Source of the DNA: Alphaproteobacteria bacterium
GTDB taxonomy: Bacteria; Pseudomonadota; Alphaproteobacteria; Sphingomonadales; Sphingomonadaceae
Length of the DNA: 41,263 bases
Assembly (NCBI GenBank): GCA_031412175.1
Contig: JANOCM010000134.1
Span: forward strand, 1 to 41,263
Reading direction: 5' to 3'
Both the position numbers and the translations under genes were made by a program. The stretch's first letter is position 1. Every line of letters begins with the position of its first letter. Below the pieces are notes generated by a model. The model ran no database searches and was not told the origin of the DNA. It was given only the letters and a program-made list of their open reading frames with translations. Positions 1-10,038 of the stretch are shown here, in pieces.

Positions 1-1596
1 CGCGCCCGCGAGGCGACCGGCGGCGCTATTCGCGCGCTTCTCGACCTTGCACCCAAGACGGCGCGGCGCCTGAAGCCCGACGGCTCCGACGAGGAAGTCT
101 CGCTCGGCCTTGTTGTTGCTGGCGACGCCTTGCGCGTTCGCCCGGGTGAAGCCGTGCCCGTCGATGGCACAGTCACCGACGGGCACTCGACGATCGATGA
201 ATCGATGGTCACCGGCGAATCCATGCCCGTGACCAAGAGCGTCGGCGATACCGTCATTGCCGGTACCATCAACCAGACAGGCGCCCTCGCCATGCGCGCC
301 GACAAGGTCGGCAGCGACACCATGCTGGCGCGGATCGTCCAGATGGTCGCCGATGCCCAGCGCAGCCGCGCGCCAATCCAAAGGCTTGCTGACCAGGTCG
401 CCGGTTGGTTCGTGCCCGCCGTGATCGCGGTTGCTGTGCTGGCCTTCATCGTGTGGGCGACTTTTGGTCCGGAGCCGCGCTTCACCTTCGGCTTCGTTGC
501 CGCCGTCACCGTGCTCATCATCGCTTGCCCTTGCGCGCTCGGGCTCGCCACGCCGATGTCGATCATGGTTGGTGTCGGCCGCGGTGCGGCAGCCGGCGTT
601 CTGGTCAAGAATGCCGAGGCGCTCGAGCGCATGGAAAAGGTCGACACGCTGCTGGTCGACAAGACCGGCACGCTGACCGAGGGCAAACCCAAGGTGGTCG
701 CTATCGAACTGTTCAGCGGTATGACCGAGGGTGAGTTGCTGCGCCTTGCCGCCGCCGTCGAACGGCCGAGCCAGCACCCGCTTGCTGCTGCAATCGTCAC
801 GGAAGCCGCCACACGCAAAATTGCTGTGGAGACCGCAACTGACTTTGATGCTCCCACCGGCAAGGGTGTCATCGGCACCGTCGATGGCCGGCGGGTTGCG
901 ATTGGCAATCCCGCCTATCTGTCGGAGATCGGCGTCGACACCACCGCGCTCACCGCAGCGGCCGACCGGCATCGCCGGGATGGCGCCACAGCAATCCTGG
1001 TCGCTGTCGATGGCAAGGCCGCTGGCGTCATTGCGATTGCCGATCCCGTGAAGGAGTCGACGCCCAGTGCCTTGGCCGCGCTCAAGGCTGAAGGCATCCG
1101 TGTTATCATGGTCACCGGCGATAATCGTGTCACCGCCGAAGCGGTGGCACGGCGTTTGGGCCTCGATGAAGTCGAGGCAGATGTTCTTCCCGATGCCAAA
1201 AGTGCGGTGGTTGCACGGCTAAAGGCCGAGGGCCGTGTGGTTGCGATGGCCGGTGACGGCGTCAACGACGCCCCAGCGCTGGCTGCTGCCGATGTCGGCA
1301 TTGCAATGGGTACCGGCACCGATGTAGCAATCGAAAGTGCCGGAGTGACGCTGGTCAAGGGCGACCTCAACGGCATCGTCCGCGCCCGCCGCCTCAGCCA
1401 CGCGACGGTTCGGAACATCCGCCAAAACCTGTTTCTCGCGTTCGTCTATAATGCCATCGGCGTACCGATCGCCGCAGGTGCATTGTACCCATCATTGGGG
1501 TTGTTGCTTTCACCGGCAATTGCGGCGGCAGCCATGGCGCTGTCGTCGATTTCCGTCGTTGGGAATGCCCTACGGTTGCGTAAGGCCAATCTTTGA
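1..1596 (+). CDS. copA: Cu(+)-translocating P1B-type ATPase, 5' end outside window
   Basis: Frame is open from base 1 ([20 protein letters not shown]). Motifs: [19 protein letters not shown] phosphorylation site, [10 protein letters not shown], and YN and MxxSS transmembrane copper ligands. Confidence 0.95.
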   Translation, partial: RAREATGGAIRALLDLAPKTARRLKPDGSDEEVSLGLVVAGDALRVRPGEAVPVDGTVTDGHSTIDESMVTGESMPVTKSVGDTVIAGTINQTGALAMRADKVGSDTMLARIVQMVADAQRSRAPIQRLADQVAGWFVPAVIAVAVLAFIVWATFGPEPRFTFGFVAAVTVLIIACPCALGLATPMSIMVGVGRGAAAGVLVKNAEALERMEKVDTLLVDKTGTLTEGKPKVVAIELFSGMTEGELLRLAAAVERPSQHPLAAAIVTEAATRKIAVETATDFDAPTGKGVIGTVDGRRVAIGNPAYLSEIGVDTTALTAAADRHRRDGATAILVAVDGKAAGVIAIADPVKESTPSALAALKAEGIRVIMVTGDNRVTAEAVARRLGLDEVEADVLPDAKSAVVARLKAEGRVVAMAGDGVNDAPALAAADVGIAMGTGTDVAIESAGVTLVKGDLNGIVRARRLSHATVRNIRQNLFLAFVYNAIGVPIAAGALYPSLGLLLSPAIAAAAMALSSISVVGNALRLRKANL

Positions 1597-1780
1597 TAAC
1601 CTCACTTCCCCTTGCAGAAAGCGACGCCGTCGTAATTGTGATACCCGCGCATCGCTTGCCTAATTAGCCACGAATGGCCGTAAACGGGCCGTAGTCGAAC
1701 GGTCGGCTTTTCGCATTCCCAGTTTCGAAAATGAACCGCGCCGGGTTTGCCAGAGGCGTCCGCTCCTAAGTTTGCCTCGA

Positions 1781-1826
1781 GCAAGTTGATTGGAAGGTCT
1801 GAAATTGACCGAAGCGGTCTTTCGCA
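1781..1826 (+). repeat. 46-bp intergenic direct repeat, copy A
   Basis: 39/46 ungapped identity to 28143-28188. Confidence 0.85.
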
Positions 1827-1887
1827 GGCCGGATGGCAATCGGCGACAATTTGGTCGGGACCTATCGTCAGCGTATCGGGACCGCGA

Positions 1888-1947
1888 CGACCCGATGTGG
1901 GTCATTCAGCGCTCACTGACCGCTGCCCGAAACCGGACGTCCATTCA
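1888..1947 (+). repeat. 60-bp junction motif, copy 1 (alignment with copy 6 extends to 2067)
   Basis: cgacccgatgtggGTCATTCA-N17-CCCGAAACCGgacgtccaTTCA, with the same spacing as the copies at 18366, 24701 and 28548. Confidence 0.85.
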
Positions 1948-2104
1948 TCTGAATGTATCGCGCGCGCTGGCGGGCAGAGCCGGCCACTCGGAACGACTTG
2001 CCTTGGGACTTTGCAGTCGTTTCCGGCGGGGTCGCTGAACGTCAGTTCACGCTGGGGGCAGACATCCACGCATCCTAACAACTGCTCCCTCAACGCAAAT
2101 GGAC

Positions 2105-2143
2105 TTGACAGAGTGAACGTTACCATTAGAGTGAACGTTATCA
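2105..2143 (+). promoter_or_regulatory. sigma70 promoter overlapped by tandem LacI-type operators
   Basis: TTGACA (2105-2110), 16-bp spacer, TAGAGT (2127-2132). AGAGTGAACGTTA occurs at 2110-2122 and 2128-2140. The AACGTT core is typical of LacI-family operators. Confidence 0.75.
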
Positions 2144-2188
2144 AAAAGGGTATGGTGCGGGCAAACCGCGTCCACCGGGGGGTTCGTT

Positions 2189-5170
2189 ATGACGGGAATT
2201 GGATTGCGAACGCGCATAGTTTGTGGCGTTAGCGGCCTGACCTTGGCTTTGGCCACGAGCGCCCAGCCAGCGTTGGCACAGGCCGCGGCGTCTGCTGCCC
2301 CCGCTGATGAATCAGAGATTATTGTCACCGGGATCCGCGCTAGCCTTCAACAATCGTTGAGCATCAAACGCGACGCTCTGGGTATCGTCGACGCGATTTC
2401 GTCTGAAGATATCGGCAAGTTCCCCGATACCAACCTTGCTGAATCGCTGCAGCGCATCACCGGCGTGTCGATCGACCGCCAGAACGGCGAAGGCTCCAAA
2501 GTTACCGTCCGCGGCTTTGGCCCCGATTTCAATCTGGTGCTGCTGAACGGCCGCCAGATGCCGGCGTCGGGACTGGGCAGTTGCTGCGAAGCGCCGGCCT
2601 CGCGCAGCTTCGATTTCGCCAACCTCGCCGCTGAAAGCGTTGCCGGGGTGGAAGTCTACAAGTCGGGTCGCGCCACGCTGCAATCGGGCGGCATCGGTTC
2701 GGTCATCAACATCAAGACCCCGCGTCCGCTCGATCGCCCCGGTTTCAAGGGCAGCATCTCGGTCAAGGGCGTCATCGATCACACCTTTGAAAGCACGAAG
2801 ATCACCCCGGAAGTATCCGGCATCCTGTCCAAGACCTTTGCTGACGATCGCGTCGGCATCCTTGTCACCGGCGTGTATCAGCGTCGCAAGGCGAGCCTGG
2901 CGCAGTTCAACGCCGGCTGGCGTGAAGGTTATGTCGGCAATGAAAACAACTGGGGTTCGCTGCCGGTTGACGCCAACGATTGGCGCGGCAACTTTGCCAA
3001 CACCGAGAACCGGCCGGGTCCGACCGATATCTATCAGGTCACCCAAAATGCGGGCTATGATTTCACCGATATCGATCGTGAACGCATCAACGGCCAGGTC
3101 GTGCTGCAGGTGAAACCCACCGATACGCTCGACATGACGCTGGACTATACCTTCTCGCAGAACACCATCGATGCCCGCACCAGCAGCATCGGCGTGTGGT
3201 TCAACCATAACAATACCAGCAGCAGCTGGACGGATGGCCCGGTTGCCGGTGCGAACTTCTATGCCGAAGCATTCGGCCCGGGCGAAGGCAAGGATCTGGC
3301 CATCACCGGTGCGCTGGCGGCCAACCGCAACATCAACAAGTCGCTCGGCGGCAATATCAAATGGGATGGCCCGGGCGGTCTGCGCCTCGAACTCGACGCC
3401 CACCATTCAACCGCCGAAAGCAAGCCGACCTCGCCTTATGGCAGCAACAGCTCCGTGGGTAGCGCCATCTTTGGCGTCGCCAGCCAGAAGGTTGATTTCA
3501 CCACCAAGATGCCGGTGATTTCGGTTGCCATGTATCCGGGTGCGGCCATCGACGCCTCCAACATCCGCCCGGCCGGCAACAGCTTCCGCAACGCCTACAT
3601 GAAGGACACCATCAACGAGGTGTCGCTGCGCGGAGGCTATGACTTCGAGTCGGACCTGATCGACAGCCTGGATTTCGGTGCCACCTATACCGAGAACAAG
3701 GTGCGCACAGCCTTCGCCGTCATCCAGAACGACAGCTGGGGCGGCACGTTGAGCGCCGCCGACACGCCGGATGGCCTTTACGCCATCACGCCGCTGGCGA
3801 CGGACCTGAAGGGCGTGGACGGTTCGCAGGATGCGTCCATCATCCCGAATTATTTCAAGGTCGATACCGCTGGCCTGGTGGCACTGCTGCAATCACGCAT
3901 CGGCATCTGCAACGCCAGTACCGTGCAAGGCGCCTGCCTCGCCAGCTTCGAAGGCACCGGCGCTACCGACCGCCGCATCCGCGAGGAAACCTGGGCGCCC
4001 TATGTCCAGACGGTGCACAAGTTCGATCTGGGCGACATGCGCGCCAATGTGCGGCTGGGCCTGCGCTATGAACGCACCACCATCTCGTCGTCGGCGTTGG
4101 TGCCGATCCCCAGCGGTGTGGTCTGGGTGGCAAACAATGAAATGAGCCTGATCGGCGGCGGAGCGCAGAGCTTCACCACGCTCAAGGGCAAGTATGACAA
4201 CTGGCTGCCGGCCTTCGATTTCGATCTTGCGCCGATCGACAACGTGCGTCTGCGTGCTTCGTACAGCCACACCATCACCCGTCCGGACTATACCAGCATG
4301 CAGGGTGGCATCACGGTGAACCAGCCGCTGCGCCCGAACGGTGGCAGCACCGCCGGCAGCGGCAACCCGGGCCTGCTGCCCTACAAGTCGAAGAACATCG
4401 ATCTGGCGGCCGAGTGGTATTATTCGAGGGCCAGTTACATCTCGGTGGGCTTCTTCCACAAGAATGTGAGCAACTTCATCGGCAACACCACTACCCAGGG
4501 CCCGTTGTTCGATCTGCCCAACCCGGCGCAGGGTGCGGCCGTGCAGGCGGCGCGCACGGCGCTGGGCGGTAACCCCGGTTTTGCCGAAATCCTGGCTTAC
4601 CTGGCAGTCACCCAGCCGAGCGTGGTGCAGCTGACCAACGGTGTGCCGACCGGCATCATCGGCCAAGCCGGCGATCCCAAGGTGGTGTTCACCAGCACCG
4701 TTCCGAGCAACAGTGCCCAGACCGCCAAGCTGCATGGCTTCGAATTCGCCGTTCAGCACAGCTTCTGGGATACCGGCTTCGGCGCCATCCTGAACTACAC
4801 GATCGTGCGCAGCGACACCAAGTTCGACAACACGCTACGTTACACCGCCACCCAGTTTGCGGTGAACGGGATCAGCGACAGTGCCAACGCCGTGCTCTAT
4901 TACGACAAGAACGGCATCCAGGCCCGTGTCGCCTATAACTGGCGCGATGGCTTCCTGGCCAGTTACGGCTTTGATCCCTCCTACATCGATCCCTATGGCC
5001 AGTTCGACGTTTCCGCTTCGTGGGAATTCAAAAAGGGTCTGACGGCGTTCGTGGAAGGCATCAACGTCACCAATGCCGATCGCCGTGGCCACCAGCGCAG
5101 CAACCAGGCGGTGACCTTCTCGGCGCCGGGTTATGCGCGCTACACCGCCGGGGTTCGCTACGCCTTCTGA
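2189..5170 (+). CDS. TonB-dependent receptor, probably for beta-glucosides/glucan oligomers
   Basis: Signal peptide, TonB box EIIVTG, plug motif EDIGKFPDTNLAESLQRITGVSI, C-terminal Phe, 993 aa. Substrate is inferred from neighbouring genes. Confidence 0.95.
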   Translation: MTGIGLRTRIVCGVSGLTLALATSAQPALAQAAASAAPADESEIIVTGIRASLQQSLSIKRDALGIVDAISSEDIGKFPDTNLAESLQRITGVSIDRQNGEGSKVTVRGFGPDFNLVLLNGRQMPASGLGSCCEAPASRSFDFANLAAESVAGVEVYKSGRATLQSGGIGSVINIKTPRPLDRPGFKGSISVKGVIDHTFESTKITPEVSGILSKTFADDRVGILVTGVYQRRKASLAQFNAGWREGYVGNENNWGSLPVDANDWRGNFANTENRPGPTDIYQVTQNAGYDFTDIDRERINGQVVLQVKPTDTLDMTLDYTFSQNTIDARTSSIGVWFNHNNTSSSWTDGPVAGANFYAEAFGPGEGKDLAITGALAANRNINKSLGGNIKWDGPGGLRLELDAHHSTAESKPTSPYGSNSSVGSAIFGVASQKVDFTTKMPVISVAMYPGAAIDASNIRPAGNSFRNAYMKDTINEVSLRGGYDFESDLIDSLDFGATYTENKVRTAFAVIQNDSWGGTLSAADTPDGLYAITPLATDLKGVDGSQDASIIPNYFKVDTAGLVALLQSRIGICNASTVQGACLASFEGTGATDRRIREETWAPYVQTVHKFDLGDMRANVRLGLRYERTTISSSALVPIPSGVVWVANNEMSLIGGGAQSFTTLKGKYDNWLPAFDFDLAPIDNVRLRASYSHTITRPDYTSMQGGITVNQPLRPNGGSTAGSGNPGLLPYKSKNIDLAAEWYYSRASYISVGFFHKNVSNFIGNTTTQGPLFDLPNPAQGAAVQAARTALGGNPGFAEILAYLAVTQPSVVQLTNGVPTGIIGQAGDPKVVFTSTVPSNSAQTAKLHGFEFAVQHSFWDTGFGAILNYTIVRSDTKFDNTLRYTATQFAVNGISDSANAVLYYDKNGIQARVAYNWRDGFLASYGFDPSYIDPYGQFDVSASWEFKKGLTAFVEGINVTNADRRGHQRSNQAVTFSAPGYARYTAGVRYAF

Positions 5171-5194
5171 CAACGGCGCGAAGACACGGGTCGC

Positions 5195-5230
5195 AGAAGA
5201 GCCGCACGCACCCCGCGTTGCGGCTCTTCT
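5195..5230 (+). other. Intercistronic stem-loop without U-tract (mRNA stabiliser or partial terminator)
   Basis: AGAAGAGCCGCA (5195-5206) pairs with TGCGGCTCTTCT (5219-5230). Confidence 0.65.
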
Positions 5231-5267
5231 CATGCTCTGCCAGTCTAGGCGGTGGGAGACGACTTGA

Positions 5268-6791
5268 GTGACGGGTGACAAACCATTTCGGGTCGTGATT
5301 GTTGGCGGCGGCAGCGCCGGCTGGCTCACCGCCTGCGTGGTCGCTGCCCGCCAACCCGACCTGGCCATCACACTGGTCGAATCGCCCGATATCCCGACCA
5401 TCGGCGTGGGTGAAGGCACCTGGCCCACGATGCGCGAGACGCTGGCCAGCATCGGCATTGCCGAAAGCGAATTCCTCGTCGCCTGCGATGCCGCATTCAA
5501 GCAGGGTTCCCGCTTCGATGGCTGGGTGACGGGCGAAGCCGGCGATTCCTATCTTCACCCCTTCACCCTGCCACCTGCCGGCGACATGGCGGCGCTGCTG
5601 CATGCGTGGGCGGCCCATGCGCCGGGCGCGGCCTTTGCCGACGTGATGACGGCGCAGGCCGCCGCCTGTGCGCAAAGCCTGGCCCCGCGCCAGCGCGGCA
5701 TGCCGGATTATGCCGGCGCGCTGAATTACGCCTGTCATTTCGACGCCGGTAAATTCGCCCGGCTGCTTGCCCGCCATGCCACGCAGCGCCTTGGTGTCAC
5801 CCACATCGCTGCCGACGTGGTGGCCACAACGGCGGCGGCCAATGGTGATATCGCTGCGCTGTTGCTGAACGATGGGCGCGCGCTTGGGGCAGAGCTGTTC
5901 ATCGATTGCACCGGACAGGCCGCGCGGCTGATCAGCGGCCATTGCGGGGTGGAATGGATCGACCGGTCCGACGTGTCGTTCAACGATCGCGCCCTCGCCG
6001 TGCAGGTGCCGGTGCTGCCCGGCAGTCCGGTGGCCTCGCAAACCATCGGCACTGCCCACCGCGCCGGCTGGGTCTGGGATATCGCGCTGCCCACCCGGCG
6101 CGGCATCGGCTGCGTCTACGCCTCGCGCTTCATGGCCGATGACGAGGCGAATGCGGTGTTGCGCGCGTACATTGCGGCGCATGTGCCGGGCGCCGATGTT
6201 TCCACGCTGGCCCCGCGCAAGCTCAGCTTTGCCACCGGGCACAGGGCGCGCTTCTGGCAGGGAAATGTGGTCGCCGTGGGCTTGTCGGCCGGCTTCATCG
6301 AGCCGCTGGAAGCATCCGCCATCGTGTTGATCGAGCTTTCGGCGCGGGCGCTGGCCGATGCACTGCCGGCGTCCCCGGCGGTGATGGCGGTGCAGGCCAG
6401 CCGCTTCAACGCGCAGTTCCGCACCCGCTGGGATCGCATCGTCGCCTTCCTGAAACTACACTATGTGCTGAGCCGCCGCACGGAGCCGTACTGGCTGGCG
6501 CAGCGTGACCCGGCGACCATTCCGGAGCGGTTGGCCGAAAACCTGGTGCTGTGGCGCGAACACCCCCCGTCGGCGCGGGATTTCCCGCTTCACGACGAGA
6601 TGTTTCCGGCCGCCAGCCAGCACTATATCCTCTATGGCATGGGCCACGCTCTGCCACTGCCGCCGCCGGATGCGGCCGTCGCCAGCGCGGCCGCCCGCAT
6701 CGCTGAGGTGCAGGAACGCGCGCGCCGCATCGTCGCCGCGTTGCCCGAAAACCGCACCTATCTGGCCGCCGTAGCGGCCCAAGCCGCCTGA
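5268..6791 (+). CDS. Tryptophan halogenase family flavoprotein 1
   Basis: GGGSAG FAD motif, IGVGEGT, conserved Lys in [14 protein letters not shown] (variant of WxWxIP), FIEPLEAS. Confidence 0.92.
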   Translation: MTGDKPFRVVIVGGGSAGWLTACVVAARQPDLAITLVESPDIPTIGVGEGTWPTMRETLASIGIAESEFLVACDAAFKQGSRFDGWVTGEAGDSYLHPFTLPPAGDMAALLHAWAAHAPGAAFADVMTAQAAACAQSLAPRQRGMPDYAGALNYACHFDAGKFARLLARHATQRLGVTHIAADVVATTAAANGDIAALLLNDGRALGAELFIDCTGQAARLISGHCGVEWIDRSDVSFNDRALAVQVPVLPGSPVASQTIGTAHRAGWVWDIALPTRRGIGCVYASRFMADDEANAVLRAYIAAHVPGADVSTLAPRKLSFATGHRARFWQGNVVAVGLSAGFIEPLEASAIVLIELSARALADALPASPAVMAVQASRFNAQFRTRWDRIVAFLKLHYVLSRRTEPYWLAQRDPATIPERLAENLVLWREHPPSARDFPLHDEMFPAASQHYILYGMGHALPLPPPDAAVASAAARIAEVQERARRIVAALPENRTYLAAVAAQAA

Positions 6792-6804
6792 GGATCGTTC
6801 AAGG

Positions 6805-7530
6805 ATGCCACCCGTGCCCGACCACCAGATCCTCAACCATTCCGATCATGCGGAATTGCGCGTGCTTGTCGGCGCTGGCGCCGGCCTGGGCGATGCGGTG
6901 ATGGCCTGCCTCGCTGTGCCGGCCGAATTCCGCCGGCTGGCCTGCGATTATCCCATCCTGTTTCGCCAGGATGATGACAGCGGCGAATTTTCAGCGCTGG
7001 CGCTGTTCGGCTTCGAGCCGGGCGAGAACCTGTTTCTCGATGGCGACCAGTGGGATGCCGTCAATCGCCCGCTGGCGATGGTGGTGCAGCCGTTCCTGGT
7101 GGGCCGCAGCCGCGACGCCGAGCGGCCGGGCCAGGTGCATATCGACATGGAGCATCCGCGCGTGTCCCGGACGGGTGAAGGCGTGAAGCTGTTCGAGCCG
7201 AGCGGCGTGCCGACGCCCTATCTCGAACAGATTGCCGACATGCTGGGCGCGCTTGATGTCAGCTACCGGGCCAGCGGTGATTTTTATGCCGCGCTCACCC
7301 GCTGTGACCTGCTCGAACCCTTTTCGATGGATGTGACGCTGGACAACGGCGCCATGCACCGGCTGGTTGGCTATCACCTGATCGCCGAGGAACGGCTGGC
7401 AGCGCTGGAACCCGCTTTGCTGGCCGAACTGCACGCCGCGGGCTATCTGCTGCCGATCTACATGGCGGTGGCCTCGGTCGGGAATCTGTCGCGGCTGGTG
7501 CGCCGCAAGAAGCGACGCGGCGATGGCTGA
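6805..7530 (+). CDS. SapC family protein
   Basis: EFRRLACDYPILF, ALFGFEPGENLFL and YMAVASVGNL motifs, in the usual position between halogenase and cupin genes. Confidence 0.88.
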   Translation: MPPVPDHQILNHSDHAELRVLVGAGAGLGDAVMACLAVPAEFRRLACDYPILFRQDDDSGEFSALALFGFEPGENLFLDGDQWDAVNRPLAMVVQPFLVGRSRDAERPGQVHIDMEHPRVSRTGEGVKLFEPSGVPTPYLEQIADMLGALDVSYRASGDFYAALTRCDLLEPFSMDVTLDNGAMHRLVGYHLIAEERLAALEPALLAELHAAGYLLPIYMAVASVGNLSRLVRRKKRRGDG

Positions 7531-8545
7531 GGCGACCGTTCTGGCGCGTCTGCAGCGCGTCGCCGAGGAACAGGTGACGCCGGCGGCGCTGGCCGATCGG
7601 CTGGCTGGTGCCACCACGCCATTCGTGGTGCGCGGGCTGGCGGCGGAATGGCCGTTGGTGAAGGCCGGTTTGCAAGGCGCAGACGCGGCGCGCGCCTATC
7701 TGGCGGCCAAGGCCCGCAATCGCAACTTCCCGGTCAGCATCGGCCAGCCAGCCGGGGGCGACCGCCTGTTCTATGACGATGCGATGGGCATGAATTTCCG
7801 CATGGCGTCGGGGCCCTTGTCCGGGCTGCTCGATGCCATCGCGGCCGCCGAAACCGACAGCGAGGCGCCGGCCATCTATCTCTCATCCATCGACATGGGC
7901 GATTATTTCGAGGGGCTGGCCGAAGCCAACGCGCTGTCGCTGGGGGCTCGCAACCCGATTGCCAGCATCTGGATCGGCACCCGCACGTGCATCGCTGCCC
8001 ATAATGACGTGCCCGACAATGTGGCGGTGTGCGCGGCCGGACGTCGCCGCTTCACGCTGTTTCCGCCCGAACAATTTGCCAATATCTACCTTGGTCCGCT
8101 GGAAAACACTCCGGCAGGCCGCCCGGTGAGCATGGTCGATGTGCGCGCCCCCGATCTGGCGGCGCACCCGCGTTTTGCAGAGGCGCTGGCCCACGCGCAG
8201 GTGGCCGAACTGGAACCGGGCGACGCGATCTTCGTGCCGTCGCTGTGGTGGCACCATGTCGAAGGCCTGGCGCCGTTCAATATCCTGGTGAATTACTGGT
8301 GGCGCGACGTACCGCGCTGGCTGGGCAACCCGGAGGATGCGCTGTTGCATGCCATTTTGGCCGTGCGCGACCTGCCGGCAGAACAGCGCGAGCGCTGGCG
8401 CGCGCTTTTTGCGCATTATGTGTTTGCAGCCACCGATGACGTGACCGCGCATCTGCCGCCCGCTGGCCGCGGAATATTGGCGCCGCTCACTGCGGCCACC
8501 GCCGGCCAGATCAAAGCCCGTTTGTTGAGAGGATTCTCGCGATGA
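7523..8545 (+). CDS. JmjC-like cupin (Cupin_8, Pass1-related) protein
   Basis: IWIG, HxD (AHNDVPDN), LEPGDAIFVPSLWWHHVE, NILVNYWW. Confidence 0.9.
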   Translation: MAEATVLARLQRVAEEQVTPAALADRLAGATTPFVVRGLAAEWPLVKAGLQGADAARAYLAAKARNRNFPVSIGQPAGGDRLFYDDAMGMNFRMASGPLSGLLDAIAAAETDSEAPAIYLSSIDMGDYFEGLAEANALSLGARNPIASIWIGTRTCIAAHNDVPDNVAVCAAGRRRFTLFPPEQFANIYLGPLENTPAGRPVSMVDVRAPDLAAHPRFAEALAHAQVAELEPGDAIFVPSLWWHHVEGLAPFNILVNYWWRDVPRWLGNPEDALLHAILAVRDLPAEQRERWRALFAHYVFAATDDVTAHLPPAGRGILAPLTAATAGQIKARLLRGFSR

Positions 8546-10038
8546 TGGACAGAAAACTGCGCGTGGTGGTGGCCGGTGGCGGCACCGCAGGCTGGATGAC
8601 CGCGGCCGCGCTGGCCCGCACGCTGGGGCCGGTGATCGATCTGACGCTGGTTGAATCCGATGCCATCGGCACCGTCGGGGTGGGCGAAAGCACCATCCCG
8701 CCGATCGTGCTGTTCAACCGCCTGCTCGGCATCAAAGAGGCCGAGTTCATGCGCGCCACACAGGCGACCTTCAAACTCGGCATCATGTTCGAAAACTGGA
8801 AGGCTGTTGGCGCGCGCTACTTCCACAGTTTCGGCAACACCGGCAAGGATCACTGGTCAGCCGGCTTCCAGCATTTCTGGCTGCACGGCCAGACGCAGGG
8901 TCATCATCAGTCCTATGACGACTATTGTCTCGAACTGAAGGCTGCCGCAGCCGGCAAGTTTGCGCATCTGCCCGAAGATCGCATGAACTATGCCTATCAG
9001 CTCGATTCCTCGCTTTACGCAGCGTTCTTGCGCCGACTGGCCGAGGCCGATGGCTGCAATCGGATCGAAGGACGGATTGCCAGCGTCGAACTGGACGGCG
9101 AAACCGGCGATATTGCTGCGCTGCGGCTCGATGGTGATCGCCATATCGAGGGGGATCTGTTCATTGATTGCACCGGGTTCCGCGCACTTTTGATCGAAGG
9201 TGCACTGCACGCCGGCTATGACGACTGGAGCCATTGGTTGGCGTGCGATGGCGCGGTCGCCATCCAGACCGCCAACGTCCGCCCGTCCGTGCCCTATACC
9301 CGCGCCATTGCACACGAAGCCGGTTGGCAGTGGCGCATCCCGCTGCAGCATCGCGCCGGCAACGGCATCGTCTATTGCAGCCGCTACATGAGCCAGGACG
9401 CGGCGCTCGAACGCCTGCTGGGCAGCATCGAGGGCAAGACGCTGACCGAACCTAACCGGATTCGCTTCACCACCGGCGCACGCCGCAAGCAATGGCATCG
9501 CAACTGCATCGCCATCGGCCTGTCGAGCGGCTTCATGGAGCCGCTTGAATCGACGAGCATTCACTTGATCCAGCGCGCCGTCTTGCGCGTGGTCCGGATG
9601 CTGCCCACCTGCCGGCCGAGCGCGCGCGACATTGCGGAATTCAATGACCAGCAGTTCACCGACATGGAGCAGATCCGCGATTTCCTGATCCTCCACTACA
9701 AGGCAACCGAGCGCCGCGATTCGCCCTTCTGGCATCATTGCGCGGCGATGGAGATTCCCGAAACACTCGCCCACAAGATCGAATTGTTCCGCGAAACCGG
9801 ACGGGTTTTCCGCCGCAATGAGGAACTGTTCGTCGAAAACAGCTGGGTGCAGGTCATGATGGGCCAAGGCATCATGCCGCAAACCTATCACCCCGTCGCT
9901 GCCAAGCTGACAGGCGCGGAACTCACCTATCTTTTGCAGTCCTTGCGCGACGGCGTGACGCGTACCGTCGATAGCTTGCCCGCGCATGGCGACTATGTCG
10001 CCCGCTATTGCGGTGTGCGGGAGGATCGCGCCGCGTGA
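8542..10038 (+). CDS. Tryptophan halogenase family flavoprotein 2
   Basis: GGGTAG, QATFKLG, WQWRIPL, FMEPLESTS. ATGA overlap with the upstream cupin gene. Confidence 0.93.
   Translation: MMDRKLRVVVAGGGTAGWMTAAALARTLGPVIDLTLVESDAIGTVGVGESTIPPIVLFNRLLGIKEAEFMRATQATFKLGIMFENWKAVGARYFHSFGNTGKDHWSAGFQHFWLHGQTQGHHQSYDDYCLELKAAAAGKFAHLPEDRMNYAYQLDSSLYAAFLRRLAEADGCNRIEGRIASVELDGETGDIAALRLDGDRHIEGDLFIDCTGFRALLIEGALHAGYDDWSHWLACDGAVAIQTANVRPSVPYTRAIAHEAGWQWRIPLQHRAGNGIVYCSRYMSQDAALERLLGSIEGKTLTEPNRIRFTTGARRKQWHRNCIAIGLSSGFMEPLESTSIHLIQRAVLRVVRMLPTCRPSARDIAEFNDQQFTDMEQIRDFLILHYKATERRDSPFWHHCAAMEIPETLAHKIELFRETGRVFRRNEELFVENSWVQVMMGQGIMPQTYHPVAAKLTGAELTYLLQSLRDGVTRTVDSLPAHGDYVARYCGVREDRAA

Noticed and set aside
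5268-10038. Pyrrolnitrin or other halogenated-metabolite biosynthetic cluster
   Set aside because: No prnB/C/D, NRPS, PKS or flavin reductase genes. The context is carbohydrate uptake.
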